Origin: Caulobacter sp.
GTDB lineage: Bacteria > Pseudomonadota > Alphaproteobacteria > Caulobacterales > Caulobacteraceae
Direction of reading: 5' to 3'
DNA length: 64,000 nt
Assembly: GCA_044238855.1 (NCBI GenBank)
Contig: JBIICO010000002.1
Coordinates: forward strand, 9,269-73,268
Both the position numbers and the translations under genes were made by a program. Below, in pieces: positions 1 through 13,033 of this stretch (its first letter is position 1; each line of letters opens with the position of its first letter). Below the pieces are notes generated by a model that saw only the letters and a program-made list of their open reading frames with translations, had not been told where the DNA came from and did no database searches.

Positions 1-1
1 G

Positions 2-547
2 CGCGGCGCCCAGATCCTGACCGAGAAGACGCGGCGCGACTCCGTCCCGCTCGTCGACCTGATCGACATCCTCAAGGCCCGCGCGCCGCACCGCGCGCCC
101 GGCACGGCGATCTTCCTGACCAGCGACCCGGACATGACCCCGGTCGCCCTCATGCACAATCTCAAGCACAACAAGGTGCTGCACGAGAAGAACGTCATCG
201 CCACCGTCCGCACCGCCGAGACGCCGCGCGTGCCCGACAGCGAGCGGGTCAAGATCGAGCCGGTCAACGACGACTTCAAGAAGCTGACCATCACCTACGG
301 CTTCATGGAGAGCCCGAACGTGCCCAAGGCGCTGGCGGTCTGCCGCAAGCAGGGGCTGAAGTTCGACATCATGGCGACCAGCTTCTTCCTCGGCCGCCGG
401 TCGGTGATCGCCTCGGCGCACAGCGGCATGCCGCTCTGGCAGGACAAGCTGTTCATCTTCCTGATGCGCAACGCCGCCAACCCGACCGACTTCTTCAAGA
501 TCCCCCCGGGCCGGGTGGTGGAGCTCGGCGCGCAGGTCACGGTGTAG
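2..547 (+). CDS. kup: K+ uptake transporter Kup, C-terminal part (5' end lies outside the window)
   Basis: Open from the window edge. The translation (...[32 protein letters not shown]...[12 protein letters not shown]) matches the conserved cytoplasmic C-terminus of KUP/HAK/KT transporters. Confidence 0.85.
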   Translation, partial: RGAQILTEKTRRDSVPLVDLIDILKARAPHRAPGTAIFLTSDPDMTPVALMHNLKHNKVLHEKNVIATVRTAETPRVPDSERVKIEPVNDDFKKLTITYGFMESPNVPKALAVCRKQGLKFDIMATSFFLGRRSVIASAHSGMPLWQDKLFIFLMRNAANPTDFFKIPPGRVVELGAQVTV

Positions 548-553
548 GCCCGA

Positions 554-925
554 ATGATCCACGGACTTTCCATCGCGGGCGACATCTTCTGGATTCTCGC
601 CCTGGCCCTCATGGCCTCCTACACCCTGGCCGCCTGGCGGCGCATTCCCGCCGACGCCGGGGTGCCGGTGCTGTGGAGCGGCCCGGCGGTCACCCGTCGC
701 GCGCCGCGATGGGCGGCCCTGCTGACCCTGCCGGTGGTCGCCTTCCTGCTCGGCGCCTGGCTCCAGATCGTCAGCCGGTCGCCGAACCTCGACCTGGTCG
801 GCGCGGTGATCGGCCTCGGCGTGCGGGCCACCCTGGCGCCGGTGCTGGCGCTGCTGCATCTGGGCCGCGTCCAGAAGGCGCTCCAGTTCCTGGAAGCCGA
901 GAACGGCCTCAAGCCGCCCCGATAA
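554..925 (+). CDS. hypothetical small membrane protein
   Basis: 123-aa ORF with 3-4 hydrophobic helices, sitting 6 nt after the kup stop. No recognisable family. Confidence 0.5.
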   Translation: MIHGLSIAGDIFWILALALMASYTLAAWRRIPADAGVPVLWSGPAVTRRAPRWAALLTLPVVAFLLGAWLQIVSRSPNLDLVGAVIGLGVRATLAPVLALLHLGRVQKALQFLEAENGLKPPR

Positions 926-954
926 GGCCGCAAACCGGCCGTCTCGATGGCGGC

Positions 955-1542
955 ATGATCGACCGCCGCGCCCTGCTCGCCGCCGTGCCCCTGATCGCGC
1001 TGCCGTGCGCCGCCTCGGCGACGCCCGACTGGCCCGCCCGGCTGGTCGCCGCCGCCCGGGGGCAGGTCGGCCGCACGGTGCTCTACGATCCCGCCTACGT
1101 CCGCCTCGCCTATCCCGGCGGCGACGTGCCGGACGACCGCGGAGTCTGCACCGACGTCGTGATCCGCGCCTACCGCACCGCCTTCGGGCTCGACCTGCAG
1201 ACGCTGGTGCACGAGGACATGGCCCGGAGCTTCGCGGCCTATCCGAAGACCTGGGGCCTGCGCGCTCCGGACCGCAACATCGACCACCGGCGGGTGCCGA
1301 ACCTGGAGACCTTCCTGCGCCGGCGGGGCGCCGCCCTGCCGCTGGAAGGCGTCTGGAAGGCCGGCGACCTGGTGACCCAGCGGCTGCCCGGAAACCTGCC
1401 CCATATCGTCGTCGCGGCGCAGGACGGGCCGGCCTCGGCCTCGCCCCGGGTGGTGCACAACATCGGCGCGGGCGCCCGGCTGGAGCCGCTGCCGGCGGCG
1501 ACGAACGTCGGTCGGTTCCGTTTCGCTCCCTCCGGGGGTTGA
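955..1542 (+). CDS. DUF1287 domain protein (signal peptide)
   Basis: ATG at 955 (MIDRRALLAAVPLIALP...). Contains the YDPAY..L.YPGGDVP...GVCTDVVIRAYR motif typical of DUF1287. The longer ORF from 673 is GC-rich read-through. Confidence 0.75.
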   Translation: MIDRRALLAAVPLIALPCAASATPDWPARLVAAARGQVGRTVLYDPAYVRLAYPGGDVPDDRGVCTDVVIRAYRTAFGLDLQTLVHEDMARSFAAYPKTWGLRAPDRNIDHRRVPNLETFLRRRGAALPLEGVWKAGDLVTQRLPGNLPHIVVAAQDGPASASPRVVHNIGAGARLEPLPAATNVGRFRFAPSGG

Positions 1543-1607
1543 CCCCGGCCCCGGAACGCCGTTGAACGCCCGCGACTTTATCCACCCCGCGCCAGGGAAG
1601 CCCGCCC

Positions 1608-2833
<1,226 letters not shown>

Positions 2834-2837
<4 letters not shown>

Positions 2838-4138
2838 GGCCGGTCCGCCGCGATCCGAAGCACATGCCCGTTGCGGTCGTCGGCGACCCAGATCGCGCCG
2901 TCGCTCGCCACGGCCAGCCCGACCGGCGCGCCCATCGGGCGTTTGCCGGCGAGCGCGTTCCAGCCCGGGGTCAGCTCCAGCGGCTCCGCGCCCGGCCCGG
3001 CGTAGGGCCGGGGCGCCGAACCGTAGGACAGCCACCGCGCCCCGGTCTTCGCCACCGGCAGCCCTTCACGGTCCAGCTCGAACGCCACCACCCGGCCGCC
3101 CGTGGCGCGATAGCCGTGGTAGCTGACCAGCAGCCGGCCCTTCAGCGCCGGGAACATCTCGCCGTCGTAGACGGTCATGCCCAGCGGGGCCGCGTGCGGC
3201 GGCAGCAGCAGCGCTGGCCTGGCATGGGCCGGCGAGCGGCAGTCGAGCGGCGTCATCCCCTTCCAGACCGCCGTCGTCGCCGTCATGTCGAAGCAGTAGG
3301 GCCAGCCGAAGTCGGCGCCGGGCCGCAGCAGATTCAGCTCCTCGAACGGCGCGTCGGCGGCGGGTGAGAAGTCGTAGCTGTTCTCGGCCTGCAGGATCGT
3401 CCCGGCCGGCGTCCGCGCCAGCGCCAGGCTGTTGCGCAGGCCTTTCGAGTACAGCTCGAACCTGGCGTCCCACCGTCCATCGCCGAGATAGCGATAGCGT
3501 CGCACGCCGGCCTTGGCGTCCGGCCCCTCGCGCTCGGGGCAGGGGACGGCGATCGGCTTGCCCTTGACCGCGCACTGGTCGCTGGGCGCGCCGACATTGA
3601 CCAGCAGGCTCCAGTCCTTGTCGAAGATGAAGTTGGACAACGGGTGGCGGTTGTCGTGCAGCCGGTTGTCCGGCAGGCCGGAGACGACCACTTCGACGGT
3701 CGTCGCTGGATCGGTCGCGTCGGGGTCGAAGCGGATGATCCGGCTCATCTCGCCGATGTAGACCCGGCCGTCGGGGCCGATGCCCAGGCCGTGCGGCATG
3801 GTCAGCCTGCGCAGCAGCGGGGTCAGCGCCGGCGCCTTGCCGCGCTCGGCCTTCATCCGCCAGACCGAGCCCTTCTCCGGGTCCCAGCCGCCCAGGTCGA
3901 CGACGATCCAGTCGCCGTCCTTCAGTTGGACCAGCGTGCGGGGCATGCGCAGCGTCCGGATCGACAGTCCCCGCCCCGGCGGCGGGGCGACCACGACGCC
4001 CGCGCAGAAGCCCGGCGCCATACCGATCGGCGCACGGGGCCAGCCGTCGCAGGTCTTTCCCGCCTCGACCGCATAGGGCGCGGCGACAGCCGCCGTCGGG
4101 GCCAGAAGCAGCGCGAGCGCCAGCACGAAGCGTTTCAT
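2834..4138 (-). CDS. PQQ-dependent sugar (sorbosone/glucose) dehydrogenase-like beta-propeller, secreted
   Basis: Start chosen at [19 protein letters not shown] (signal peptide). Motifs [14 protein letters not shown] and FGWPYC resemble soluble GSDH-family proteins. Confidence 0.8.
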
Positions 4139-4175
4139 GGGAGGTCCAGCCGAAGGGTTCGGCGGGGAGCCTAAG

Positions 4176-4382
4176 TCAGGAGTCGAGCTTGTTGTAGGGG
4201 TACACGTCGCGGATTTCCTCGGCGAAGAAACCGCCCTTGGAGTCCGCGTCCAGGAAGCTCCGGTGCACCTCGCCGGGGACGCCGACGTAGACGTAGCGAT
4301 CCCCGTCATGGAAGCGCACGTACAGCTTGCCGTGCTCGTCCTCGTACTCGATGTCGGTGATGGCTTCCGACGTCACGCGCAT
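4176..4382 (-). CDS. KTSC domain protein
   Basis: 68 aa. The ...I.YEDEHGKLYVRFHDGDRYVYVGVP..VHRSFLDADSKGGFF pattern is typical of the KTSC domain. Confidence 0.7.
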   Translation of the reverse strand: MRVTSEAITDIEYEDEHGKLYVRFHDGDRYVYVGVPGEVHRSFLDADSKGGFFAEEIRDVYPYNKLDS

Positions 4383-4521
4383 GGCCGTCCTCCGATCCTC
4401 GTTGCTTCCCCTGTTCCGCTAAACCCCTGCTGGCCGGTGGAGTTCCGATCCGGGGCGAAGCATGACAGGGTCCTGGCCAAGGGGAGGACGGCGCGGACCG
4501 TCCGGCAAAGAGGACGTTTCC

Positions 4522-4932
4522 ATGCAGGCTCACGCCTATGTCGCCATCGTTACGCTGCTGGCGCTGCTCACCTACTTCTGGATGATCATGCGGGTCGGAG
4601 GCGCGCGCCGGAAGTGCGGCATCTGGGCTCCGCAGATGACCGGCGACCCGGTCCTGGAGCGCCATATCCGGGTCCAGGCCAACACGCTGGAGTGGCTGCC
4701 GATCTTCCTGCCGTCGTTGTGGCTGTTCGCGCTGTTCTGGCGGCCGCAGGACCCGACGGGCGTGATCACGGCCGCCATCGGCGCGGTCTGGATCGTCGGT
4801 CGCGTGCTCTACGCGCTCGGCTATGTCGCCGATCCCAAGAAGCGCGAGATCGGCTTCATGGTCCAGGCCCTGTCGGTCGCCGTCCTGCTGTTCGGCGCGC
4901 TCGGCAAGGCGGTGTGGATCCTGATCGCCTAG
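4522..4932 (+). CDS. MAPEG family membrane protein (glutathione transferase-like)
   Basis: ATG at 4522 (MQAHAYVAIVTLLALL...). Four TM helices and the RVQANTLEWLPIF motif. Confidence 0.75.
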   Translation: MQAHAYVAIVTLLALLTYFWMIMRVGGARRKCGIWAPQMTGDPVLERHIRVQANTLEWLPIFLPSLWLFALFWRPQDPTGVITAAIGAVWIVGRVLYALGYVADPKKREIGFMVQALSVAVLLFGALGKAVWILIA

Positions 4933-5711
4933 CCGACCTTCGGCAGGAACAGCATCACGCCCTGCCAGACGGCCAGGCCGGTCACCAGGACGCCGACGAT
5001 CCAGGTCAGGGCGCGGACGGGCAGGACCTTGGTCATCCAGCCGGCCAGCGGCGCGGCCAGGACGCCGCCGGCGATCAGGCCGCCGACGGACCAGACGTGC
5101 TCGCGCAGGCCGGTGGCCTCCCAGTGCCCGCTCAGGATCGAGCCGACGAAGGCGGCCGAGATGGCGCTGGCGACGAAGAACTCCGCCGCGTTGGTGGTGC
5201 CGATCGCCTGGCGCGGATCGGCGCCGCTGCCCATCAGGGTCGAGGTGACGACCGGACCCCAGCCGCCGCCGCCGATGGCGTCGAAGAAGCCGCCGACCAG
5301 GCCCAGCGGCGCGGGGCGTTTCCAGTTCAGGACCCGCGGCCGCGTGCCCCGCCAGGCGCGCCACAGGATCACCAGTCCCATCAGGCCGAGCCAGGCGACG
5401 ACCCACGGCTTGACCACGTTGCCGTCGATCGAGGTGAGGACGAAGGTCCCGAGCACTCCGCCGACCACCCCGCCGGCCGACAGCAGTCCGAGCAGCCGCC
5501 AGTTCACGTTCCTGTAGGCGATGTGGCTGGCCGCCGAGGCCGCGCCGGTGAAGACCTTGGCCGCGTGCACGCTGGCCGAGGCGTTGGCCGGCGGCACCCC
5601 GAGCGCGAGCAGCACGGTCGACGAAACGACCCCATAGGCCATGCCGAGCGCGCCATCGACGAGCTGGGCGGCGACGCCGACAGCGAAGAAGATCCAGAAA
5701 TCAGGGTCCAT
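4929..5711 (-). CDS. TauE/SafE family sulfite/anion exporter
   Basis: Start at MDPDFWIFFAVGVAAQLVDGALGMAYG. Glycine-rich multi-TM protein of the TSUP/TauE type. Confidence 0.85.
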   Translation of the reverse strand: MDPDFWIFFAVGVAAQLVDGALGMAYGVVSSTVLLALGVPPANASASVHAAKVFTGAASAASHIAYRNVNWRLLGLLSAGGVVGGVLGTFVLTSIDGNVVKPWVVAWLGLMGLVILWRAWRGTRPRVLNWKRPAPLGLVGGFFDAIGGGGWGPVVTSTLMGSGADPRQAIGTTNAAEFFVASAISAAFVGSILSGHWEATGLREHVWSVGGLIAGGVLAAPLAGWMTKVLPVRALTWIVGVLVTGLAVWQGVMLFLPKVG

Positions 5712-5825
5712 GTGGGCCGGCAAGGACAACGGGACTGCCGACTTCGCAGGGATCGGCGTTCGGGTCATCCCGGAATCGCTGCGACGACCTTGAGGATTTC
5801 TGCGACGCGGTGCAAAGGGCGCCGC

Positions 5826-6458
5826 ATGGAGCTTCCCGTCGACCCCGCCCGCTATGCGGCCTTCCTGGCGATCATGGCGGTGATGGCGATCACCCCCGGG
5901 CCGGCCAACATCTTCGCCATCGCCACCGGCATGCAGCGCGGCAAGCGCCAGGCCCTGATCGGCGTGGCCGGAATGAACCTGGCCTCGCTGGTCTGGTTCG
6001 TCGGCGCGGCGCTCGGCCTGGGCGCGCTGGTGGCTGCCTTCCCCAAGGCCTTCCACCTGCTGGCCGTGGCCGGGGCGATCTATGTCGCCTGGCTGGGGCT
6101 GAAGTCGATCTGGTCGGGCATCAAGGGCGGCGGCGGGCCCATCGACGCGCCGAAGGTGCACGGCGAGCGGTCGGCGCTGATCGACGGCTTCTCGGTCCAG
6201 ATCGCCAATCCCAAGGCGCTGCTGTTCTTCACCGCGGTCCTGCCGCCGTTCGTGGACGTGAGCCGACCGATCCTGCCCCAGCTGGTGCTGTTCGCCGTCG
6301 CCATGCTCAGCTTCGACATCCTGTCGATGAGCGCCTACGGGCTGGGCGGCGCGGCGCTGTCGAACGTGATGACCAGGCCGGCCTTCCGGCGCGGCTTCGC
6401 CTTTCTGGTGGGCGGGCTGCTGATCGCCGCGGCCATCCTGATCTTCCTGCGCGGCTAG
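5826..6458 (+). CDS. LysE/RhtB family amino-acid efflux protein
   Basis: Start at MELPVDPARYAAFLAIMAVMAITPGPAN, the canonical LysE N-terminal motif. The upstream part of the 773-aa ORF is not coding. Confidence 0.85.
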   Translation: MELPVDPARYAAFLAIMAVMAITPGPANIFAIATGMQRGKRQALIGVAGMNLASLVWFVGAALGLGALVAAFPKAFHLLAVAGAIYVAWLGLKSIWSGIKGGGGPIDAPKVHGERSALIDGFSVQIANPKALLFFTAVLPPFVDVSRPILPQLVLFAVAMLSFDILSMSAYGLGGAALSNVMTRPAFRRGFAFLVGGLLIAAAILIFLRG

Positions 6459-6562
6459 CTCTTGGCGCAACCCGCGCGGGGCGCCATCTGTTGTGCCGAC
6501 AGGGACGAACAAGGGGCTGGACGTCGAGGACGGCGCGCGGCCCCGCGCTGGAGTGAACGACC

Positions 6563-7129
6563 ATGAAGATAAAGGCGACCGCGCTCGCGGGTCTGCTCCT
6601 CGCGGCGACGGCGTTGACCGCCTGCGCGACGGCGACGCCATACCAGCCGAACATCCCGGGGCAGCAGGCCTCGGGCGGCTTCTCGGACATGCGGATCGAA
6701 AGCGACCGCTACCGCGTCAACTTCGCCGGCAACAGCCTGACCTCGCGCGACACCGTCGAGCGCTACCTGCTCTACCGCGCCGCCGAGCTGACGGTGCAGG
6801 AAGGCTACGACTGGTTCAGCGTCGTCGAGCGCGACACCGACAAGAAGGTGCGGACCTATACCGATCCCGCGCCCTACGGCGGCTACGGCTACTGGCGGCC
6901 TCACTGGCGCTACTACGGCGCCGGCTACGGCTGGCGGGGCTGGAACCCCTGGTACGGCGATCCCTTCTGGGCCGACCGCGTGGACGTGCGCACGGTCGAG
7001 AAGTTCGAGGCCTCGGCCGAGATCCAGGTCAACAAGGGCCCCAAGCCCGCCGGCGACCCCCGCGCCTTCGACGCGCGGGAAGTGATGGCCAACCTCGGTC
7101 CGACCATCGTCCGCCCGACGCCGGGCTGA
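6563..7129 (+). CDS. lipoprotein (CC0125/CC1285-like family)
   Basis: Lipobox LTAC followed by ATPYQP. Aromatic/Gly-rich YGGYGYWRPHWRYYGAGYGWRGWNPWYGDPFW segment. Confidence 0.75.
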   Translation: MKIKATALAGLLLAATALTACATATPYQPNIPGQQASGGFSDMRIESDRYRVNFAGNSLTSRDTVERYLLYRAAELTVQEGYDWFSVVERDTDKKVRTYTDPAPYGGYGYWRPHWRYYGAGYGWRGWNPWYGDPFWADRVDVRTVEKFEASAEIQVNKGPKPAGDPRAFDAREVMANLGPTIVRPTPG

Positions 7130-7141
7130 CCGCCAAAGAAA

Positions 7142-7170
7142 AAGGGCGGCCCCCGCAAGGAGCCGCCCTT
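7142..7170. terminator. bidirectional hairpin between convergent genes
   Basis: aagggcggc-cccgcaagga-gccgccctt stem-loop, flanked by an A-run on one side and a T-rich run on the other. Confidence 0.5.
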
Positions 7171-7194
7171 CGTCTTTCGTCGATGGATCGCGGT

Positions 7195-7974
<780 letters not shown>

Positions 7975-8027
7975 GGACGGCTCCCCGTTCGTTGTGTGTA
8001 ATGAACTTCGAAGAGCGGTTTAGACCC

Positions 8028-8429
8028 ATGAGCGCCAAATCCAAGCCGTCACCCGACGTCAACGCGGTGATTGATCCGTCGAAAGCCCTCGTTCCGGAGA
8101 CGGTGCGGGTCAACGAGGCGCGCGTGGCCCGGGGCTTCTGGCCCAAGATTCGCCGCGTCGCCTCGAAGATTCCGTTCGCCGCCGACGCCCTGTCGGTCTG
8201 GTGGTGCGCCAAGGACCCCGAAACCCCGACGGCGGCCAAGGGCATGATGCTGGCCGCGCTGGCCTATTTCGTCATGCCGGCGGACGTGATTCCCGACGTG
8301 ATCGCCGGCCTCGGCTTCACCGACGATGCGGCGGTGTTCGCCGCCCTGATGGCGGTGGTCGGCAAGAACCTGAAGCCGAAACACAAGGAATCGGCCCAGG
8401 CGTTCCTGAGGAAACTCGGCGAGGAATGA
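8028..8429 (+). CDS. YkvA/DUF1232 family membrane protein
   Basis: YFVMPADVIPDVIAGLGFTDDAAV motif. The start is ambiguous (TTG 7992, ATG 8001, ATG 8028). Confidence 0.7.
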   Translation: MSAKSKPSPDVNAVIDPSKALVPETVRVNEARVARGFWPKIRRVASKIPFAADALSVWWCAKDPETPTAAKGMMLAALAYFVMPADVIPDVIAGLGFTDDAAVFAALMAVVGKNLKPKHKESAQAFLRKLGEE

Positions 8430-9073
8430 TGAACCTGCTCTGGGGGGCGAGCGGACTGGCGGCGCTGGTCTACGGCCTGGCGTTGGCGGGGCGCGATCCG
8501 TCGTGGCTGAAGACCTTGGTCAAGGTGACGGCCACCGCGCTGCTGGCGGTGATCGCCATCCTGCAGGGCGCGCCGTGGCAGCTGACCGGCGGCCTGGCCC
8601 TTTGCGCCCTGGGCGACGCCTTCCTGGCCGGAAATCCCAGGCGCTGGCTGCCGGCGGGGATGGCGGCCTTCCTGCTCGGCCACCTGTTCTACATCCTGCT
8701 GTTCACCCAATTGCGCGATCCGGGGCTGGAGCCGAACGCGCTTCAACTCGGCGGGCTGGTCGCCGCCGGCCTGGCGGACGTCGCCATGCTGGCCTTCCTG
8801 TGGAAGCACCTGGGGCCGTTGCGGCCGGCGGTGGTGCTGTACGTCATCGCGATCGCGGTGATGGCGGGAACCAGCTTCCTGCTCGACGGATGGTTCTGGC
8901 CCGCCATGGTCGGCTCGGTGGCCTTCATGGCCTCCGACGCGGTGCTGGCGATCAGCCTGTTCCGCGAGGAGAAGCTGTTCGGCTCGTCCAACGCCACCCA
9001 CTGGGCGGTGTGGTTCCTCTACTACGGCGCCCAGGTCGGCATCGCCTGGCCGTTCGTGTCCGGCGGCTACTGA
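8426..9073 (+). CDS. YhhN/lysoplasmalogenase family membrane protein
   Basis: The ATG overlaps the upstream stop (ATGA). Multi-TM protein with GDAFL and FMASDAVLA motifs. Confidence 0.8.
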   Translation: MMNLLWGASGLAALVYGLALAGRDPSWLKTLVKVTATALLAVIAILQGAPWQLTGGLALCALGDAFLAGNPRRWLPAGMAAFLLGHLFYILLFTQLRDPGLEPNALQLGGLVAAGLADVAMLAFLWKHLGPLRPAVVLYVIAIAVMAGTSFLLDGWFWPAMVGSVAFMASDAVLAISLFREEKLFGSSNATHWAVWFLYYGAQVGIAWPFVSGGY

Positions 9074-9996
9074 GCCGCGGTCCGGGCCTTCTTCGCGAGC
9101 TGCTGCTCACGCAGGGTGATGAACAGGGTCGAGGCCACGACGATCGCCGCTCCGGCCACCACGGCCATGGTCGGCACCTCGTTGAACAGCGCGAAGCCGA
9201 TGATCGCGGTGAACACCAGCCGCGTGTAGTCGATCGGGGCCATGGCGGCGGCGTCGCCGATCTGCATGCCCTTGATGTAGCAGCCCTGGGTGATGGTCCC
9301 GAACACCCCCATCGCCGCCAGCAGCGCCAGGTCGACCGGCTCGGGCCATCGCCAGACGAACAGCGCCGGCGGGATCGAGAACACCAGCCCCAGCACGGCC
9401 GACCAGACCAGCAGCACGAACGGGCTGTGGTCGCGGGTCATCACCTTCATGCCGGTGATGGTCATGGCGAACAGCGCCGCCGCGCCCAGCGCCGCCGCTT
9501 GGCCCCAGCCGAAGCCGTGCCCCGGCGCGCCGGGCTGCAGCATCACCAGCACGCCGACGAAGCCGGCCAAGGCGGCGGCGATCCGCATCGGCCCCATCTT
9601 CTCGTGCAGCACGAACAGCGCCAGCGGCACCATCCACAGCGTGCGGGTGAACGACAGGGCGTTGGCCTCGGCCAGCGGCAGCACCTGGAAGGCGTAGAAG
9701 CTCATGATCATGGCGATCGTGCCCGCCGCCGACCGGAAGAAGAGAATCCCCGGCCGCGTGGCGTGGAAGGCGCCGCGCACGTCCCGCAGGATCAGCGGCA
9801 GCAGCACGATCAGGCCCGCCGCCTGACGGTAGAAGGTCTGCAGCGCGGCGGGATAGTCGTCCCCGAGGAACTTGATGAGGGTCGTCATCACCGTGAAGCC
9901 GAGGGCGGAGGCCAGCATCCACAGCGCGCCCCGGACGTTCGGGGCGAGCTTCGGGCGCTCGGGCAGGGCTTCGACGGGGGGAAGTTCCTCGGGCAC
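9067..9996 (-). CDS. DMT superfamily (EamA) transporter
   Basis: 309 aa, about 10 TM helices, duplicated EamA-like halves. Confidence 0.85.
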   Translation of the reverse strand: MPEELPPVEALPERPKLAPNVRGALWMLASALGFTVMTTLIKFLGDDYPAALQTFYRQAAGLIVLLPLILRDVRGAFHATRPGILFFRSAAGTIAMIMSFYAFQVLPLAEANALSFTRTLWMVPLALFVLHEKMGPMRIAAALAGFVGVLVMLQPGAPGHGFGWGQAAALGAAALFAMTITGMKVMTRDHSPFVLLVWSAVLGLVFSIPPALFVWRWPEPVDLALLAAMGVFGTITQGCYIKGMQIGDAAAMAPIDYTRLVFTAIIGFALFNEVPTMAVVAGAAIVVASTLFITLREQQLAKKARTAAQ

Positions 9997-10001
9997 TACA
10001 C

Positions 10002-10892
10002 TCAGCTTTGGGCGTTCTGGGCCGCCATGGCCACCCGCATCTGTTCGGCCTGCTCCGGCGTGATGCCGAGCGCCTGGAGGATCGGGCTGCCGACCTCCGG
10101 ATCCCAGCTGCCGCGTCCGCCGATGGTGATGCCGCCGTCGACCACGATGTGGGTGCCGGTCACGAACACCGAGTCGTCGCTGGCCAGGTAGAGGGCGGCG
10201 CGGGCGATGTCCTCGGGCATGCCGGCCTTGGGCACCGGCTGGATCTTCGGACCGATCTCCTCGACGCGGGCGGCCATCTGGTCGGCCACTTCACGCGACA
10301 GCCCCATCGAGGCGCCGAAGATCGAGGTGGCGATCAGGCCCGGGCAGATGGCGTTGACGCGGATTTTCTGCGGCGACAGCTCGGCGGCCGCGCAGCGCGA
10401 CATGTGGATCACCGCGCACTTGGCCGAGGAATAGGCCAGCGGACCGAAGCCCGCCTGCAGACCGGCGATCGAGGCGGTGTTGATGATCGAGCCGCCGCCA
10501 CGCTTCAGCATGTGCGGGATGGCGTGCTTCATGCCGGTGACCGGCCCGCGCACCAGCAGGGCGAAGGTCGCGTCCCAGCCTTCGACCGTCATGTCGGCCG
10601 CGCCGCCGTAGGCGCCGCCGTGGCCGGCGTTGTTGAACAGGATGTCGAGCCCGCCGAACGCCTCGACCGCGGTGTTCACGGCCTTGGCCACATCGGCCTC
10701 GACCGTCACGTCGCAGCGCACGTAGCGCACCTTGTCGGGGAAGCGCTTCTCGAGGATCACGCCCTTGTCGTCCTGCAGGTCGGCGGCGACGACATGCGCG
10801 CCTTCGGCCACGAACAGTTCGACGGTTCCCAGGCCGATGCCCGAGGCGCCGCCGGTAATCAGGGCGATCTTGCCCTCCAGACGTCCAGCCAT
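10002..10892 (-). CDS. SDR family oxidoreductase
   Basis: TGGASGIG, NNAG and YSSAKCAV motifs. Confidence 0.85.
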   Translation of the reverse strand: MAGRLEGKIALITGGASGIGLGTVELFVAEGAHVVAADLQDDKGVILEKRFPDKVRYVRCDVTVEADVAKAVNTAVEAFGGLDILFNNAGHGGAYGGAADMTVEGWDATFALLVRGPVTGMKHAIPHMLKRGGGSIINTASIAGLQAGFGPLAYSSAKCAVIHMSRCAAAELSPQKIRVNAICPGLIATSIFGASMGLSREVADQMAARVEEIGPKIQPVPKAGMPEDIARAALYLASDDSVFVTGTHIVVDGGITIGGRGSWDPEVGSPILQALGITPEQAEQMRVAMAAQNAQS

Positions 10893-10991
10893 GTTCTGTC
10901 CCTCCCTTTGTTGTTCCTCATGACCCGCGAGGGTCAGCCGGGCCGGCCGCTTCTGTGGCGGTCCGGGCCCGGCGTCCGTCGGCGAAGCCCC

Positions 10992-11987
10992 CTACGGGAG
11001 CACCACCACCTTGCCCATGGCCTTGCGGCTGGCGAGGTGGGCGATGGCGTCGCCGGCCTTGTCCAGCGGGAAGGTCTCCGACACGTGCGGCTTGATCTTG
11101 CCCTCGTCGTACATCTGCATCAGCTGGCGGACGTTCTCCTGGTGCGCCTTGGGATCGCGCGCCACGGCCGCGCCCCAGAAGACGCCGACGATGTCGCACG
11201 ACTTCAGCAGCGTCAGGTTCAGCGGCACCTTCGGGATGCCGGCCGGGAAGCCGATGACCAGGAAGCGCCCGCCCCAGCCGGCGGCGCGGATGGTCGCCTC
11301 GGCGTAGTCGCCGCCGACGGCGTCATAGGCGACGTCCCAGCCGTCCGGGCCACAGGCTTCCTTGAACAGGTTGGCCAGCTGCTTCTGGCCGTCCTTGTCG
11401 AACGGGCCGGTCGGATAGACCACGCCGCTGTCGGCGCCGCGCGCGATGGCGAGGTCGACCTTCTCCTGGCTGGAGGCGGCCGCGATCACCTTCGCGCCCA
11501 TGGCCTTGCCCAGTTCCACGGCCGCCAGGCCGACGCCGCCGGCCGCGCCGAGCACCAGCAGGGTCTGGCCGGCCTTGAGGTAGCCCCGGTCCTTCAGGCC
11601 GTACCAGCTGGTGCCGTAGGTCATCATGAAGGCCGCCGCCTCGTCGAACGGCATGCTGTCGGGGATCGGGGTGACGCGATGGGCGTCCAGCGCCACTTCC
11701 TCGGCCATGCCGCCCCAGCCGGTCGAGGCCAGCACGCGCTGGCCGACCTGCAGGTGGGTGACGCCCTCGCCCAGACTCTTGATCACGCCGGCGACCTCGC
11801 CACCAGGCGCGAACGGCCGGTTCGGCTTGAACTGGTACTTGTCCTCGATGATCAGAACGTCAGGGTAATTGACGCCACACGCCTTCACCGAAAGGACGAC
11901 CTGGCCCGGACCGGCTTCGGGGCTGGGCAGCTCCTCGATCACCAGGGTCTCGGGTCCGCCCACGCTCTTGCTCAGCACCGCCTTCAT
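10992..11987 (-). CDS. NADPH:quinone oxidoreductase (medium-chain dehydrogenase/reductase)
   Basis: Start at [44 protein letters not shown] cofactor motif. Confidence 0.85.
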   Translation of the reverse strand: MKAVLSKSVGGPETLVIEELPSPEAGPGQVVLSVKACGVNYPDVLIIEDKYQFKPNRPFAPGGEVAGVIKSLGEGVTHLQVGQRVLASTGWGGMAEEVALDAHRVTPIPDSMPFDEAAAFMMTYGTSWYGLKDRGYLKAGQTLLVLGAAGGVGLAAVELGKAMGAKVIAAASSQEKVDLAIARGADSGVVYPTGPFDKDGQKQLANLFKEACGPDGWDVAYDAVGGDYAEATIRAAGWGGRFLVIGFPAGIPKVPLNLTLLKSCDIVGVFWGAAVARDPKAHQENVRQLMQMYDEGKIKPHVSETFPLDKAGDAIAHLASRKAMGKVVVLP

Positions 11988-12084
11988 GCCGTCTCTCCCG
12001 CGCTCTTTCATTGGATGGCCCGCAGGAGTATCGCGGGCCCTGGATGACGTTATAGGGCGGAGCCCTCGCTTGGCGAACAATTGT

Positions 12085-12951
12085 TTGAGTCTCGTCGTGC
12101 ACGGCGGCGCCGGCGCGAAGAAGGGCCGCGACTACGGCCGCGAGATCGCCCACATGCGCGAACTGGTCGAGGCCGGTCGCGATCGGCTGAAGGCCGGCGC
12201 CCTGGCGCTGGACGTCGCCGAGGAGACGGTGCGCGAGCTGGAGGCCTCCGGTCTCTACGTCGCCGGCCGGGGCGCCTCGCCCAACACCGCGGGGGCCTAC
12301 GAGCTGGACGCCTGCCTGATGGACGGCCGCACGGGCCGCGCCGGCTCGGTCGCCGCCTTGCAGGGCTTCGAGAGCCCGGTCGCCGTGGCTCGCGCGATCA
12401 TGGACTGGACGCCGCACGTGATGCTGGCCGGGGGCGGAGCCGCCCGCTTCGCCGAGGCGCATGACCAGCTCGCCCGCATCGTCGACCCGGCCGCCTGGTT
12501 CACCCACGCCGGTCTCGATGAGTCCAACCACCCGCCAGGCACGCTGGCCCACGGCACGGTCGGCTGCGTGGTGCGTGACGCGGAGGGACGGCTGGCCGCC
12601 GCGACCTCGACCGGCGGCGTGTTCGGCAAGCTGCCCGGCCGCATCGGCGACTCTCCGCTGATCGGCGCCGGCGGCTGGGCCGACGACACCGTCGCGGTCA
12701 GCTGCACCGGCCAGGGCGAGTATTTCATCCGCGTGGCGGCCGCCGTTCAGCTGGCGCATCGCATGAAGTTCGGCGGTGAAGGGATCGCCGCGGCCGCCGA
12801 CGCGGTGCTGGCCCAGATCCGCGCCTTGGGCGGAGAGGGCGGCCTGATCGCGGTCGACAAGGACGGCAATGTCGCCATGCCGTTCGTCTCGGCGGGCATG
12901 AAGCGCGCGGCCCTGACGCCCGACGGCGACATCGTCTCGGCGGCGTTCTGA
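12085..12951 (+). CDS. isoaspartyl peptidase / L-asparaginase (Ntn hydrolase)
   Basis: LVVHGGAG N-terminus and autoprocessing GTVGCV motif. There is no in-frame ATG, so the start is probably TTG 12085 (alternatives TTG 12070 or GTG 12097). Confidence 0.8.
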   Translation: MSLVVHGGAGAKKGRDYGREIAHMRELVEAGRDRLKAGALALDVAEETVRELEASGLYVAGRGASPNTAGAYELDACLMDGRTGRAGSVAALQGFESPVAVARAIMDWTPHVMLAGGGAARFAEAHDQLARIVDPAAWFTHAGLDESNHPPGTLAHGTVGCVVRDAEGRLAAATSTGGVFGKLPGRIGDSPLIGAGGWADDTVAVSCTGQGEYFIRVAAAVQLAHRMKFGGEGIAAAADAVLAQIRALGGEGGLIAVDKDGNVAMPFVSAGMKRAALTPDGDIVSAAF

Positions 12952-13033
12952 CGCGCGACGTTGCCGGATTGGGCTTCGGCTCCCATTTCTGTTATAGAAC
13001 CAGCCTTCCACACCTGTCCGGACACGTACCGCC